Assembly (NCBI GenBank): GCA_031292695.1
Contig: JARLGS010000203.1
Location: 151 to 64,150, forward strand
Direction of reading: 5' to 3'
Origin: Mycobacterium sp.
GTDB lineage: Bacteria; Actinomycetota; Actinomycetes; Mycobacteriales; Mycobacteriaceae
Length of the DNA: 64,000 bases
This document shows positions 1 to 10,602 of this stretch, piece after piece. The position numbers and the translations under genes were made by a program. How positions within the stretch are numbered: the stretch's first letter is position 1; the number at the start of each line of letters is the position of its first letter. Below the pieces are notes generated by a model, which saw only the letters and a program-made list of their open reading frames with translations, did no database searches and was not told the DNA's origin.

Positions 1-974
1 AGCAGGTAGGGGATGAACGTCTGCGGGTCGGCGTCGCCTTCGACGATGCCCCGGATGGTGAGCCCCAGCAGGGGCGGCTGAAATAGCCCGATCGAAAAGA
101 CAGCCTGCGGATCGGCGGGCACGCCGATCAACCCGAGCATGCCCCGCATCCCGAGGGAAGCAAGCAGCTGTTCTACGACGGGAGTCACTGCGGTGGTGTC
201 GATCGCGTAATCGGCGCCCGCCGGAGCGATCTCCCGGATCTGTTCGGCCAGTGGGCCGGCCTGCGGGTCGATCACGTGGGTGGCGCCGAGCTCGGTGGCC
301 AGCGCCCGCCTGCTCTCGTGGAGGTCGACTGCGATGATCGACGCGGCGTCGCGCACCACGGCGGCCATCACAGCTGACAGCCCCACCGCGCCCGAGCCGG
401 TGATCACCACCGTCGATCCGGGCTGTACGTCTAGCGAGTTGAGCACTGCGCCCGCACCGGTCTGGATGCCGCACCCAAGCGGCCCCACCAGCTCGACCGG
501 TGCGCCGGGCGGCAGCTTCACCACATTGCGTTCGTGAGCCAGCGCGTGTGTTGCCAACGACGACTGGCCGAAGAAGTTGGCCCCCAATTTGGTTCCGGCA
601 GAGGCCAACCCGGAGGATCCGTCGGGGCGTACCCCGCCGAAGTTGTATTCGAGGAAGTTGTGGCAATACGCCGGTTCGCCCTTCGTGCATCGAGGGCACG
701 CGCCGCAGCTGTTGAAGCTGATCGCGACCTGATCACCGACGGTGACCGTCCGCACGTCGGCACCGACATCGACAACGGTTCCGCTGCCCTCATGGCCCAG
801 GACGCCGGGCAGTGGGAACGGCAGGTGACCTTCCTTGACCGCGATGTCGGTATGGCAGATACCGGCTCCGGCGATCTGCACCACCACTTCATCAGGTGCG
901 GGCGCTTGGAGGTCGACGTCGCTGAGCGTGAACGGAGCGCCTACCTCCTGCACCAGTGCGGCTAAGATTTGCAT
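1..974 (-). CDS. Zn-dependent aryl/benzyl-alcohol dehydrogenase (XylB/AreB-like), runs off the left edge
   Basis: Not in the ORF track because it has no stop in the window. Manual translation from ATG at 974: MQILAALVQEVGAPF..GICHTD..GHEGSG..CxxCxxC..FFGQSS..GPLGCGIQTGAG. RBS AGGAAAAGAG upstream. Confidence 0.88.
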   Translation of the reverse strand, partial: MQILAALVQEVGAPFTLSDVDLQAPAPDEVVVQIAGAGICHTDIAVKEGHLPFPLPGVLGHEGSGTVVDVGADVRTVTVGDQVAISFNSCGACPRCTKGEPAYCHNFLEYNFGGVRPDGSSGLASAGTKLGANFFGQSSLATHALAHERNVVKLPPGAPVELVGPLGCGIQTGAGAVLNSLDVQPGSTVVITGSGAVGLSAVMAAVVRDAASIIAVDLHESRRALATELGATHVIDPQAGPLAEQIREIAPAGADYAIDTTAVTPVVEQLLASLGMRGMLGLIGVPADPQAVFSIGLFQPPLLGLTIRGIVEGDADPQTFIPYL

Positions 975-1443
975 CCGCTGACTCTTTTCCTAATCTTCTA
1001 ATCTTGCGGTGTTCGGCCCGACAGTGGAACGCCGGAACCGAAAGGGGCGCCGTCCGACAATCCTGTTCGGGGGTCGGCTGCACTGACCCTGTTCTGCGAG
1101 TGTGAGCGAACGACCCGCGCCGCCGCGTCACCACATCGGGCGGTTCTCACTCCCGCAGCGGAGGTATCTGGCCCCCACACTCTTGGCCGAGCCAGATCGA
1201 CTCTTCATAGTGGGGTTTAGCCGGAGCCAACGCGACCGCCGCAAGCTACCCGGCCCGGCACCGCATGGGTGCGCCTTTCCCATCCCAGGCGACGTGCGGT
1301 GTCGGAGCCGGGGCCAGTGGTTGCCGTTGCCCAGCGACGACAGGATAAGCGCGAGGTGGTGGAGATGTGCTCGACCGAGTCCCGCAAGATCGTCGACTAG
1401 CGCGTGGCGCGGTGCGTGCGTCTGCGCGGAGGCGGAGTATGAG

Positions 1444-2961
1444 ATGACCGGTGCCACACCGCGGGTGATCGCGGTCGAAGACGTGATCGCCGATATCAAA
1501 GCGGGACCCGGCGGCCCTAAGGTGGCGGCGTTCTTCGACTTCGACGGAACCCTGATTCAGGGGTACTCGGCCAGTGCGCTCATGGCGCACCGCGCTCGTA
1601 ACTTCGAATTGGGGCCCGACGAGTTTGTGCGCACAATGCGTGCGGCGCTTGGCGGACGCTTGGACGAAGCCGGGTTCAAAAGCCTTCTGCTGCAGGGTAT
1701 CCGGGGCTGGGTGGGCCGCACCGATGACGAGTTGATGGAACTAGGCGAAGAGTTGTTCGCCAAGGAAATCGCCGGCGCACTCTTCCATGGGACATGGCGG
1801 CTGGTGCGCGCCCACCAAAACCGGGGCCACACCGTTGTCATCGCAACATCTGCGACACGGATGCAGGTAGAGCCCATGGCCCGCGAATTGGGGATCGACC
1901 ATGTCCTGTGCACAGAGCTCGAGACCGAGCACGGTGTGATCACCGGTGGCATAGCAGGGCGCCCGCCATGGGGCGAAGGCAAGCTGGCTGCCGTCCGTAA
2001 ATTCGCCAGGCGCGAACGAATCCCGCTGAAGAACAGCCATGCGTACGCCAACGGCGACGAGGATGTGCCGATGCTGGACGCGGTGGGGTTCCCACACCCC
2101 GTCAACCCCGCGTCGGCCCTGGCCCGACACGCCGGTGAGCGCGGCTGGCAGGTTGTGCGGTTCCGGACCAAACGAAGTCAATTCCATCCAATGGCGCTGG
2201 TTCGGACGACGGCCTTGTTGGGCAGCTTCGCCGCGGCGGTCGGTGCGGGCACTGCCGTCGGGGTGTTGACGAACGACCGCCGAGGCGGGATGGATCTGGC
2301 CACATCGTTGTTCGGCCGCGCCGCAGGGCAATTCGGCAACATCAAATTCGACGTGATCGGCGAGCAACACGCGACACGCCGTCCCGCGGTGTTTTTCATC
2401 AATCATCAGAGCACGCTGATTGACGCTTTGGTGACCTCGCGAGTCGTGCAACGGGGTTTCACCGTGGTGGCTAAGGCCGAAGTGAAGCAGATACCCGTGC
2501 TCGGGCAGCTGCTCACTCTCGCCGATGTCGCCTTCCTGGACCGGTCGAGCACCTCGAAGGCCGTCTCGGCCTTGCAGCCCGCGGTGGACAGGCTGCGTGC
2601 GGGCATCTCGATTGCGATATCGCCCGAAGGCGCCCGGTCGTTGAGTCCGAAGATCGGGGCGTTCAAGAAGGGCGGCTTTCACATGGCCCGCGACGCCGGG
2701 GTCCCGATCGTTCCAATCGTCATCCGCAACGCCGGCGAAATCATGTGGCGCAACGCCAAGGTCGCCCAGCAAGGCACGATCGAGGTCGTTGTCCACGAAC
2801 CGCTTCCGACCGAAGACTGGACCAAAGCCGATCTCGATGAGTGGGTACCGCGAATGCGCCAGCTTTATATCGACACCCTCGACGATTGGCCGGGCATCGA
2901 AGCCGGGAGAAAGTGGTCCGCCGCAATCGCCGCGGCGTCCCGGGCGGTGGTGCCGAGATGA
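1444..2961 (+). CDS. plsC: HAD-IB phosphatase / lysophospholipid acyltransferase fusion (Rv2483c PlsC-like)
   Basis: DFDGT HAD motif, GDEDVPML, NHQSTLD (HX4D), SPEGARS and FKKGGF acyltransferase blocks. Start ATG 1444 after GGAG. Confidence 0.85.
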   Translation: MTGATPRVIAVEDVIADIKAGPGGPKVAAFFDFDGTLIQGYSASALMAHRARNFELGPDEFVRTMRAALGGRLDEAGFKSLLLQGIRGWVGRTDDELMELGEELFAKEIAGALFHGTWRLVRAHQNRGHTVVIATSATRMQVEPMARELGIDHVLCTELETEHGVITGGIAGRPPWGEGKLAAVRKFARRERIPLKNSHAYANGDEDVPMLDAVGFPHPVNPASALARHAGERGWQVVRFRTKRSQFHPMALVRTTALLGSFAAAVGAGTAVGVLTNDRRGGMDLATSLFGRAAGQFGNIKFDVIGEQHATRRPAVFFINHQSTLIDALVTSRVVQRGFTVVAKAEVKQIPVLGQLLTLADVAFLDRSSTSKAVSALQPAVDRLRAGISIAISPEGARSLSPKIGAFKKGGFHMARDAGVPIVPIVIRNAGEIMWRNAKVAQQGTIEVVVHEPLPTEDWTKADLDEWVPRMRQLYIDTLDDWPGIEAGRKWSAAIAAASRAVVPR

Positions 2962-4820
2962 CGGTGCTGCCGGGTCGACTTGCGCGGCTGCTGCGATTGA
3001 ACGGGTCCGCCGCCACGCTGTCGGGGCCAGGCGACCTACCTGAAACTGCGGCACTGCTTGACTCCGACAGATTTCGCAGCGCGACAGCACAATTGGCCTC
3101 ACAGCTAGGTCGCGATGTGGCCGACGTACAGGCTGAGGCCGCCGTTTACGTGCGCGAGATGGCGGCATCCCATGTTGCTCTGGTCGTGCGGGCCTGGCAC
3201 GCGCTGTCGGCGTGGATGGTCCGTGGATTCCAGGTCGTCTTCGATGACGACGACCTCGCCAAGCTGCGGGCGCTTGACCGCGACCACGCCCTGATCTTCT
3301 TGATCTCGCACCGCTCCTACCTGGATCAGTTTTCGTTTCCGCCCCGCCTTACCCGGGAAGGCATCTCGCCGACCTATGGGCTGGCCGGCGCCAACCTCAA
3401 CTTCTTTCCGCTGGGCACATTGGCCCGACGTAACGGGTTCATCCCGGTGCGGCGCGCGACCGGGGATGTGCCGGTCTACCGTCTGGCGCTGCGCGCGGTC
3501 GTCGGCCAGCTGGTGGCCAGCGGCCGCAACCTCGTGTGGTCGATCGAGGGCGGCCGGTCCCGCACCGGCAAGCTACGGCCACCGCGATACGGGTTGCTGC
3601 GATATGTGACCGACGCGGTCGAATCCGTGCGTTCAGAGCAGACCGTCGCCGTGCCGGTTTCGATCCTTTTTGACCAGTTGCCGCTGCACGAGGTCAAACT
3701 GATGGTTTCGGAGTCGCGTGGTCTTCCCAAAAGGCCAGAGAACGCGCGCTGGCTGTTCAGTTACGCGCGCGGCCTGCGGCATCGTTTGGGACGCATCTAC
3801 ATCAATTTCGGCTCACCGGTGCCGCTGTATGAGCGGATGGTCGCGTTGCGCGCCGACGGCTTGACCGACCGGCAGGTGGTCGAACGCATCGCGCTGGACA
3901 TCTGCCACCGCATCAACCAGGTCACGCCGGTGTCTGCAACGGCCGCCGTATGCGTCGCGATGCTCGGCGAAGACCGTGCCCTGACCCTCGACGAAGTGGG
4001 CGCCACCGTCGCACCCCTGGCCCGTTACTTGCGGGCCCGCGGCTGGCCCGTCGCCGGGGGCGCCGACCTCACCGACCGTGCCACGGTGTCGCAAACGCTG
4101 CACGACTTGGTCGGCTCTGGTGTGTTGACCTGCTACGCCGAGGGGCCGACGACGGTGTGGGGGATCGGCGACGACCAGCATCTGATCGTTGCGGTCTACC
4201 GCAACAGCGCGATCCATGTTCTGGTGATGAGAGCGATTGCCGAACTGGCCTTGCTGGCAATCGTGCGGACACCGGGCGGCGCCAAGCGCACCGGGTGGGA
4301 GAAGGCCTTAGCGGTCCGCGAACTCCTCAAGTTCGACTTTTTCTTCGCCGGCCGTGCTGAATTCGCCGACGAATTGTGGAATGAGTTCGCGATCATGAGC
4401 GGATGCAGCCATGACCCGAGCGCACCGCTTGATACCCAAGAGGCCGCGCGGAGTCTGAACGAAAGTGACCTGCTGGTAGCCCATCTCGTGCTCAGACCGT
4501 TTGTTGATGCTTACCGGGTGGTGGCCGAGGAGTTGCTGACCCTGCCTCCCGGTCGCGGCGTCGAAGAACAGCAACTGCTCGAAAGGTGCCTTCACCTAGG
4601 CCGGCAATGGTCGCTGCAGCACCGCATTACCGAGGAGTCGGTGTCGGGGGACATGTTCAGCACTGCCTTGAAGATGGCGCGGCACCGCGGTCTACTCGAC
4701 CCCGAGGGCTCAGCGGACGAGATTGCGCATCGCCGGGCAGCGCTCGTCGCTGAGCTTGACGACCTGCAGAGGTCGATCGGCGAGCTCGCCCGAATGCGTC
4801 GGGATGTCGTGCCGGCGTGA
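2958..4820 (+). CDS. plsB: Glycerol-3-phosphate acyltransferase (PlsB1-like, about 620 aa)
   Basis: HRSYLD, IEGGRSRTGK and LLKFDFFF motifs. ATGA overlap with the upstream gene. Confidence 0.85.
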   Translation: MTVLPGRLARLLRLNGSAATLSGPGDLPETAALLDSDRFRSATAQLASQLGRDVADVQAEAAVYVREMAASHVALVVRAWHALSAWMVRGFQVVFDDDDLAKLRALDRDHALIFLISHRSYLDQFSFPPRLTREGISPTYGLAGANLNFFPLGTLARRNGFIPVRRATGDVPVYRLALRAVVGQLVASGRNLVWSIEGGRSRTGKLRPPRYGLLRYVTDAVESVRSEQTVAVPVSILFDQLPLHEVKLMVSESRGLPKRPENARWLFSYARGLRHRLGRIYINFGSPVPLYERMVALRADGLTDRQVVERIALDICHRINQVTPVSATAAVCVAMLGEDRALTLDEVGATVAPLARYLRARGWPVAGGADLTDRATVSQTLHDLVGSGVLTCYAEGPTTVWGIGDDQHLIVAVYRNSAIHVLVMRAIAELALLAIVRTPGGAKRTGWEKALAVRELLKFDFFFAGRAEFADELWNEFAIMSGCSHDPSAPLDTQEAARSLNESDLLVAHLVLRPFVDAYRVVAEELLTLPPGRGVEEQQLLERCLHLGRQWSLQHRITEESVSGDMFSTALKMARHRGLLDPEGSADEIAHRRAALVAELDDLQRSIGELARMRRDVVPA

Positions 4821-4869
4821 GGCTGATGCCCGCCAATTGAGATTTCGCCGGACACCATCCTTTTGGTAA

Positions 4870-4884
4870 TATGGTAAGACCATA
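4870..4884. promoter_or_regulatory. FadR/PdhR-type operator TATGGT-AAG-ACCATA
   Basis: Perfect 6-bp-arm palindrome 45 bp upstream of the BadI-like gene. Core matches the PdhR box TGGTAAGACCA. Confidence 0.75.
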
Positions 4885-4929
4885 ATCTATCTGCGCAGTG
4901 GTTGGCGTTTCGATGACGAGAGGCAACAG

Positions 4930-5724
4930 ATGACCGAGTTCACTGACATCTCCTACGAGGTCGACAACGGCCTGGCCTGGATCACCATCAATCGGCCCGA
5001 GCGGTACAACGCGTTTCGGGCGCGCACCCTCGACGAGCTGATCCGGGCGTTCAAGTTGGCTTGGGGAAGCTCGGAGGTCGGGGTGATATGTCTGACCGGG
5101 GCTGGAGAGAAGGCGTTTTGCACTGGCGGAGATCAGAAGCAGCGTGCTGAGACCGGCGATTACGGACCATCTGAAACCGGTCTGTTCGAGGTGGATACGC
5201 TCCACCGGGTCATCCGCGACGTGCCGAAGCCGGTGATTGCGGCAGTCAACGGATTCGCGATCGGCGGCGGTCATGTTCTGCACGTGCTGTGCGATCTGAC
5301 GATCGCCGCCGACACCGCGGTGTTCGGCCAGAACGGTCCGCGGGTCGGGTCGTTCGACGCCGGGTTCGGAACCGGCTACCTGGCTCGCGTGGTCGGGGAG
5401 AAGCGCGCCCGCGAGATCTGGTTCTTGTGCCGCCGATACTCGGCGCAGCAGGCAGCCGAGTGGGGACTGGTCAACAAGGTGGTGCCGGCCGATCAACTCA
5501 AGTCCGAGGTACGGGCATGGGCTGACGAGATCCTGCAGCTGTCACCTACGGCATTGAAGATTCTCAAGCAGTCGTTCAACACCGACACCGAACAGTTCGC
5601 GTCGGTTGGTCAGATGGCGTACTCGAGCCTGAAAATGTTCGGCGACACTCCTGAGGCGAAGGAAGGTGTCACAGCCTTCAACGAGAAACGCGCACCTGAA
5701 TTCGCTGCCTACCGCGGCAACTGA
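4930..5724 (+). CDS. Crotonase-family ring hydrolase, BadI/MenB-like (2-ketocyclohexanecarboxyl-CoA hydrolase-like)
   Basis: AFCTGGDQ, IRDVPKPVIA, GPRVGSFDAGFG, ARVVGEKRAREIW and KQSFNTDT segments resemble BadI. Lacks the MenB substrate loop (RLNVL). Confidence 0.7.
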   Translation: MTEFTDISYEVDNGLAWITINRPERYNAFRARTLDELIRAFKLAWGSSEVGVICLTGAGEKAFCTGGDQKQRAETGDYGPSETGLFEVDTLHRVIRDVPKPVIAAVNGFAIGGGHVLHVLCDLTIAADTAVFGQNGPRVGSFDAGFGTGYLARVVGEKRAREIWFLCRRYSAQQAAEWGLVNKVVPADQLKSEVRAWADEILQLSPTALKILKQSFNTDTEQFASVGQMAYSSLKMFGDTPEAKEGVTAFNEKRAPEFAAYRGN

Positions 5725-5848
5725 GCTCACCGTCTACCCCTAGCCGGAATGCCCTCGGCGACAGTCGGTTTTGCGTTTGAACTGGGCGATCATGTTCGCC
5801 GGGAACACCCTCGGCGGCCATAGTCGATGCGTACGAGAGAGGTGAGCA

Positions 5849-6307
5849 GTGCGAGTCATTTCTTGCATCGATGAGGCCGTTGAGGCCGTCGGTCAGGAAC
5901 TCGGCGTCTCCCAATGGTTAGCCGTCGATCAGGAACGCATCAATGCGTTCGCCGACGCCACCGGCGATCATCAATGGATCCATGTCGACGTCGAGCGGGC
6001 CCGGACTGAAAGTCCATATGGTGCAACGATCGCGCACGGCTTCTTGACGCTGTCCCTAATTCCCGCATTGAGCAAAGAAAACTACCGCATCGACAACGCG
6101 AAGATGGGCATCAACTATGGGCTCAACAGGGTGCGGTTCCTCGCGCCGGTTCCGGCGGGCAGCCGCATCCGACTCCGATCTGAGCTTGTCAACGCGGCCA
6201 AGGTCGACGACACGACGGTTGATCTGACCGTGCGGCAGACGGTCGAGCTCGACGGCTCGGATAAACCGGCCGCGGTGGCCGAGGTTATCGCGCGCATGGT
6301 CTTCTAA
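5849..6307 (+). CDS. MaoC-family (R)-enoyl-CoA hydratase/dehydratase
   Basis: FADATGDHQWIHVD hydratase-2 motif, TIAHGFLTLSL, NYGLNRVRF. Confidence 0.88.
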   Translation: MRVISCIDEAVEAVGQELGVSQWLAVDQERINAFADATGDHQWIHVDVERARTESPYGATIAHGFLTLSLIPALSKENYRIDNAKMGINYGLNRVRFLAPVPAGSRIRLRSELVNAAKVDDTTVDLTVRQTVELDGSDKPAAVAEVIARMVF

Positions 6308-8284
6308 ACCGAAGTTACGGCGGTGAGAACGCTCGAACCCCCAGTTGAGCTGGGGGTTCGATGTTTTCGGGGTTGGTTGTTCTGGCTACTGCAGGGTCAG
6401 TGGGATGGTTGTGTCGAGGAGTTGGAAGGCTCGGCGTTGGGTGTCGGTGGGTTCGGCGAGCATTGGCATGGGGATGTCGGTGCCGGCGAAGCGGACGTGG
6501 TTGCGGGTCAGGGTGCCCAGGTGGGTGAGCAGTCCTTGGTAGCTGTGCGTGGGCAGTTGGGTGTCGCTGGTGGTTTTGCGGGCTGCTTTGGTGGCGGCGT
6601 CGGCGAATCCACGCGCTGGTGCGACGGGGTTGTCGCGGTTGGGGGGATTTTCGTCGGTGAAGGTTAACGGCGCCAAGGCTTGACGTAGGTGCCAGGTGAG
6701 GTAGGCGGCGAGCATGCATATCACGACGTGGGTGCGGACGCGGTCGTCGAGACGGTGGTAGATCGGGCGCAGGTCCAGGTCGTCGGTTTTGAGGCTGCGG
6801 AAGTCGCGTTCCACCTTGGCGAGGTTCTTGTAGGCGCCGATCACGGCGGCGGTAGCCAGATCGGTGGCGGGCACGCTGGTGCGCAGCACGTAGATGCCGT
6901 CAAGGGCGGCCTCGGCGGTGATCTGGGCGTGTCTGCGGGCGATAGTCACGGTGGTGTCGGTGATGGTGACGTGCAGGTGTTTGGCCATCTTGTATTTGTT
7001 GATTACTTTGCCGATTCTGAGGCCGATCTGATCGGCGCCGGCCGGTCGCCCGGCGGCCACGGCGGCGGCGATTGGGGCCAGGAGTTGTTCTGTGGCGGTG
7101 AGCATTTCGCCGCGTTTGCGGGCGCGTTCGGCGGCCAACAGCGGGTTGCGGCAGCAGATCAGCCGTTCGCCGGGATAGTCGGGGTGGGTGATCTCGGCGA
7201 AGTCCTGGTCATCGAATAGCGACATCTGCAGCGGTCCGTCATCGGCGGCCAAGGCCGCGATGGATGGGGCGCGCAGCGCGGTCAGCCAGCCGATTCCGCC
7301 GAGGTCTTTTAGGGCGGCGATGCGGGCGGAGGTAATCATGCCGCGGTCGCCGACCATGACCATGTTCGCCAGCCCGAAGCTGTCTTTGACCGCGGTGACC
7401 GCGGTGCTGAATGCGGTCGGGTCGGCGGTGTTGCCGGCAAACACCCGGATCGCGACCGGGCGCCCCGCGGGGTCGGTAAGCAACCCGTACTCAATTTGTT
7501 GGCAGCCCTTCTTGCCGTCGCGGGAATAACCGCGGGCAGCCAACTCGCAACACCGACCGGTCACCCACGAGGAGGACAGGTCGAACATCGCGATCCGCGA
7601 CGGGTTCGCTTCGGCACTTAGATGCCGCGCCGCCAACTGTGTTTCGATGTGGCCTTGGCGCTCGTGCAGCCAGTCCATCGCCGCATACACCTCGTCGCTG
7701 CCCGCGCCGGTGATTCCCAGATCGGCCCCCAGGGTGGTGTCGGCCCACCCGCTCAGCGTGGATAGTTTCGAACCTGGCCTAAGCACCCGAGACACGATCA
7801 GCCCATAGGCCAGGTCGCGGGCCCGGCACGCCGGCCCCAGGAGAGCGGGCAGGCCCAACGCGCGCGCCATGGTGTGCACCGCTGCGACGTGCCCGTGCGG
7901 TAACGATGATTCGATGCGCACCGCGTCGTCGGCCGCCACCATCGTCGCACCGGCCAGCACCGCCTCGATCGCGCTGATCGCCGCGTCGGGCAGAGCGGAC
8001 AGGTTGGCCAGTTGCTGGTGTTTGACCTTGGCGCCGTCGCGGAAGCTGCGCCGCAGATACACCGACTGGTAGTCGCGACGCTGCCCGGCCTTATCCACAT
8101 GACTGCTCTTGATCCTGGCCACATGCATCGCACCAACTCGCTGCACCATACAAGGAATGATAACGCTATTGGCAAACTCACCCTACGAGACACACCATCT
8201 ATTTTGGCTACATTTTCAGGTCACTGAACACACTAGCCGCAGATCAGATACACAATCAGCGTTCAACCACACCGTAACTTCGGG
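6308..8284 (-). mobile_element. Complete IS1634-family insertion sequence (about 1.98 kb)
   Basis: Terminal IRs CCGAAGTTACGG (6309-6320) and CCGTAACTTCGG (8272-8283). Flanking direct repeat CTAA(AC) at 6304 and 8285. Single DDE transposase. Confidence 0.88.
6386..8149 (-). CDS. IS1634-family DDE transposase
   Basis: YLRRSFRDGAKVK, FDLSSSW, GYSRDGK, GDRGMIT, VERDFRSLK, LRPIYHR. Start may be ATG 8128. Confidence 0.9.
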   Translation of the reverse strand: MVQRVGAMHVARIKSSHVDKAGQRRDYQSVYLRRSFRDGAKVKHQQLANLSALPDAAISAIEAVLAGATMVAADDAVRIESSLPHGHVAAVHTMARALGLPALLGPACRARDLAYGLIVSRVLRPGSKLSTLSGWADTTLGADLGITGAGSDEVYAAMDWLHERQGHIETQLAARHLSAEANPSRIAMFDLSSSWVTGRCCELAARGYSRDGKKGCQQIEYGLLTDPAGRPVAIRVFAGNTADPTAFSTAVTAVKDSFGLANMVMVGDRGMITSARIAALKDLGGIGWLTALRAPSIAALAADDGPLQMSLFDDQDFAEITHPDYPGERLICCRNPLLAAERARKRGEMLTATEQLLAPIAAAVAAGRPAGADQIGLRIGKVINKYKMAKHLHVTITDTTVTIARRHAQITAEAALDGIYVLRTSVPATDLATAAVIGAYKNLAKVERDFRSLKTDDLDLRPIYHRLDDRVRTHVVICMLAAYLTWHLRQALAPLTFTDENPPNRDNPVAPARGFADAATKAARKTTSDTQLPTHSYQGLLTHLGTLTRNHVRFAGTDIPMPMLAEPTDTQRRAFQLLDTTIPLTLQ

Positions 8285-8424
8285 CTAAACGTTGACTGTA
8301 AATGCGTGGATGGGTGCGTGAACACAGCGCAGGTGACGCGTCGCAGCGCCCCGACGAGATACACGTCCAGGACCCGCCGCAATTGACCGTTGCGTACCCA
8401 GGCGTGTGTACGCTGACCGGTACA

Positions 8425-8439
8425 TTGGGTCTTACCTTT
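8425..8439. promoter_or_regulatory. Probable autoregulatory FadR-type operator (minus strand AAGGTAAGACCCAA)
   Basis: GGT-N3-ACC core just downstream of a TACATT -10-like hexamer and upstream of the FadR-family gene. Confidence 0.5.
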
Positions 8440-8465
8440 AGGCCGAAGCGTCGAAAGGGGCGGCG

Positions 8466-9236
8466 GTGGAACCATCCGAGTCGGACTCGGCTCCGACGCG
8501 TTCGACTGTCTTGCTCAAACCGGTGGATGTGCCCAAGGCGTCTGACGTGTTAGCGCGTGAACTGCGCGAGCGGATACTCAGTGGCGAGCTGGCCGCGGGG
8601 ACGGCGCTTCCCGCCGAACGCGAGCTGGTCAAGCAGACGCAGATGAGCCGTTCCACGGTGCGGGAGGCGTTACGCATCCTGGAAGTTCAGAATCTGGTTC
8701 GGGTCAGGACGGGTCGGGCTGGCGGCGCCTACGTCCAGCGCCCGACGACAAAGTCGATGGCCAGTTCGGTGACCCTGATGATCCGTGGCCAGCAGATCAA
8801 GCTCGCGGATCTGATGGAGACCCGCGAGGCGTTGGAGCCGTTCTGCGCCGAGCTGGCTGCGCGCAAGCGGACCGATCACGACCTGGCGGTGCTCGACAAG
8901 GCCAACGAAGACATCGCCAACCCTGACGCTGACTTGCCGGCTTTTCTGCAGGCCAATCTGGACTGGCATGTGGGTGTGGCGATGGCCGGTCACAACGAGT
9001 TGTTGATCGGATTCATGACTGCCTTGTCGCACGCGATTTATACCGGGACCGAGAACGCCGCGTTCGTCGACGACAAGGTGCGAGCTGACACCCAGCGCGC
9101 ACACCGGTCAATCACTGCCGCGATCCGCAGCGGCGACCCGGACACGGCCAGCCGACGCATGCGTGGCCATGTGCACAGCTACGCCAAGGCCGCGCTGGCC
9201 ATGGATCGACGCAAGACCATCAATGTCGACGGCTGA
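8466..9236 (+). CDS. GntR/FadR-family regulator (wHTH + FCD)
   Basis: LPAERELVKQTQMSRSTVREALRIL wHTH, GRAGGAYV wing, FCD His residues (WH, AH, GH). Confidence 0.9.
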   Translation: MEPSESDSAPTRSTVLLKPVDVPKASDVLARELRERILSGELAAGTALPAERELVKQTQMSRSTVREALRILEVQNLVRVRTGRAGGAYVQRPTTKSMASSVTLMIRGQQIKLADLMETREALEPFCAELAARKRTDHDLAVLDKANEDIANPDADLPAFLQANLDWHVGVAMAGHNELLIGFMTALSHAIYTGTENAAFVDDKVRADTQRAHRSITAAIRSGDPDTASRRMRGHVHSYAKAALAMDRRKTINVDG

Positions 9237-9270
9237 GTGGGGATATCGGGTCGCCCAGACGTCGAGGGTT

Positions 9271-10396
9271 TCACCTCCCTACCCAGATACGTCGGCGGAT
9301 CTCGGTGACGGCGTCGGGGTTTTCGGCGCCGGACATGTCCCCGGGGTCAATGCCGAGCACGGCGGCCCGGATTGCGCGGCGCATGATCTTGGACGATCGC
9401 GTCTTGGGTAGTGCGGCAACCCGCCACACGCGTGACGGAGTGAATGGTTTGCCCAGTTCGCGTCCGACCAGCGCCGCCAGGTCAGCCCCGACCTGGTCAT
9501 CGTTCGTTTCGGTTCCGTCGTCGGATTGCGAGACCCAAAATGCCCACACCGCCTCACCTTTGACGTTATCGGGCACACCGACGACAGCCGCCTCGGCAAC
9601 GCGTGGGTGGGTGATCATCACCGATTCCACTTCGGCGGGCGCCAGCCGCTTGCCGGCCACGTTCATGACGTCGTCGGAGCGTCCGAGGATGAACCATTGA
9701 CCGTCACTATCGATCATCGCGAAGTCGCCATGCGTCCAAATGCCCGGGAACTGCGACCAGTACGCCTGAAGGAAGCGCTCCTCGTCGTTCCAGATGCCGC
9801 GCGTCATCGACGGCCACGGCTGGCGGCACACCAGCTCTCCGACCTGGCCGCGCACCGATCTGCCGGTGTCGTCGACAACGTCGACGTCCATCCCCAGCGA
9901 CGGGCCGCCCAGCGAGCAGCTGCGGATGGGTTCGACCGGATACGGCGCCAGCAAGGATCCGCCGACCTCGGTGCCGCGGGAGAAGTGGATCACCGGGACA
10001 CGTCCGCCGAACACATCACGGGCCAGCCACTCATTTGACACCGGGTCCCAGGGCTCACCGGTCGAGCCCAGCATGTGGACCGACGACAGATCCGCGTCGG
10101 GCAGGAATGTGGTCTCAGCGGACCGCAGCGAACGCACCAGGGTGGGCGACACGCCCAGCATGGTGACCCGGTGGCGCTCGACGAGCTGCCACAGACGGGT
10201 CCTGTCAGGCCTGTCGGGTGAGCCCTCGTACAGCAGCAGAGTCGCACCGTTGGCGTGCGTGCCGAACACCGAGAGCGGGCCCATGATCCAGCCCATGTCG
10301 GTGACCCAGCTGAACACTCCTGCGGGTTTGACGTCAAACGAGTAGGCGACCTCGCTGGCAGTCTTGACCAGAAATCCCGCGTGGGTGTGTATTGCC
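9271..10396 (-). pseudogene. 3' part of an interrupted acetyl/acyl-CoA synthetase
   Basis: Homology begins just after the missing P-loop (AIHTHAG). TDMGWIMG, STGEPW, THGD, GRSDD and LPKTRSSKIMRR follow. Confidence 0.8.
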
Positions 10397-10602
10397 AGTG
10401 TCGGTGCCGACGCTGGTGCGCAGTATGTAGACGCCATCTAGCTGGGCTTCGGCATCGATGCCGGCGAGCAGTTTCTCGGTTGCGGCCAGCAACTCTGCGC
10501 GGTTGCGGGCGCGTTCGGCGGCCAGTGCGGGGTTACGGCAGGCGATCAGCCGTTCGCCGGGGTAGTCGGGTGGCTGATCTCGGCCAGGTCCTGGGTGTCG
10601 AA
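10397..10602 (-). mobile_element. Internally deleted remnant of a second, diverged IS1634 transposase
   Basis: [11 protein letters not shown](fs)[27 protein letters not shown]|DAEAQLDGVYILRTSV aligns with the intact transposase but lacks about 55 aa. Confidence 0.8.

Noticed and set aside
4930-5724. Call as menB
   Set aside because: Shorter than MenB, lacks the MenB-specific loop, and has no men genes nearby. Sequence and context fit a BadI-like hydrolase better.
9271-10437. 388-aa ORF as an intact acyl-CoA synthetase
   Set aside because: It lacks the N-terminal part and ATP-binding P-loop, and its first residues derive from the IS remnant.
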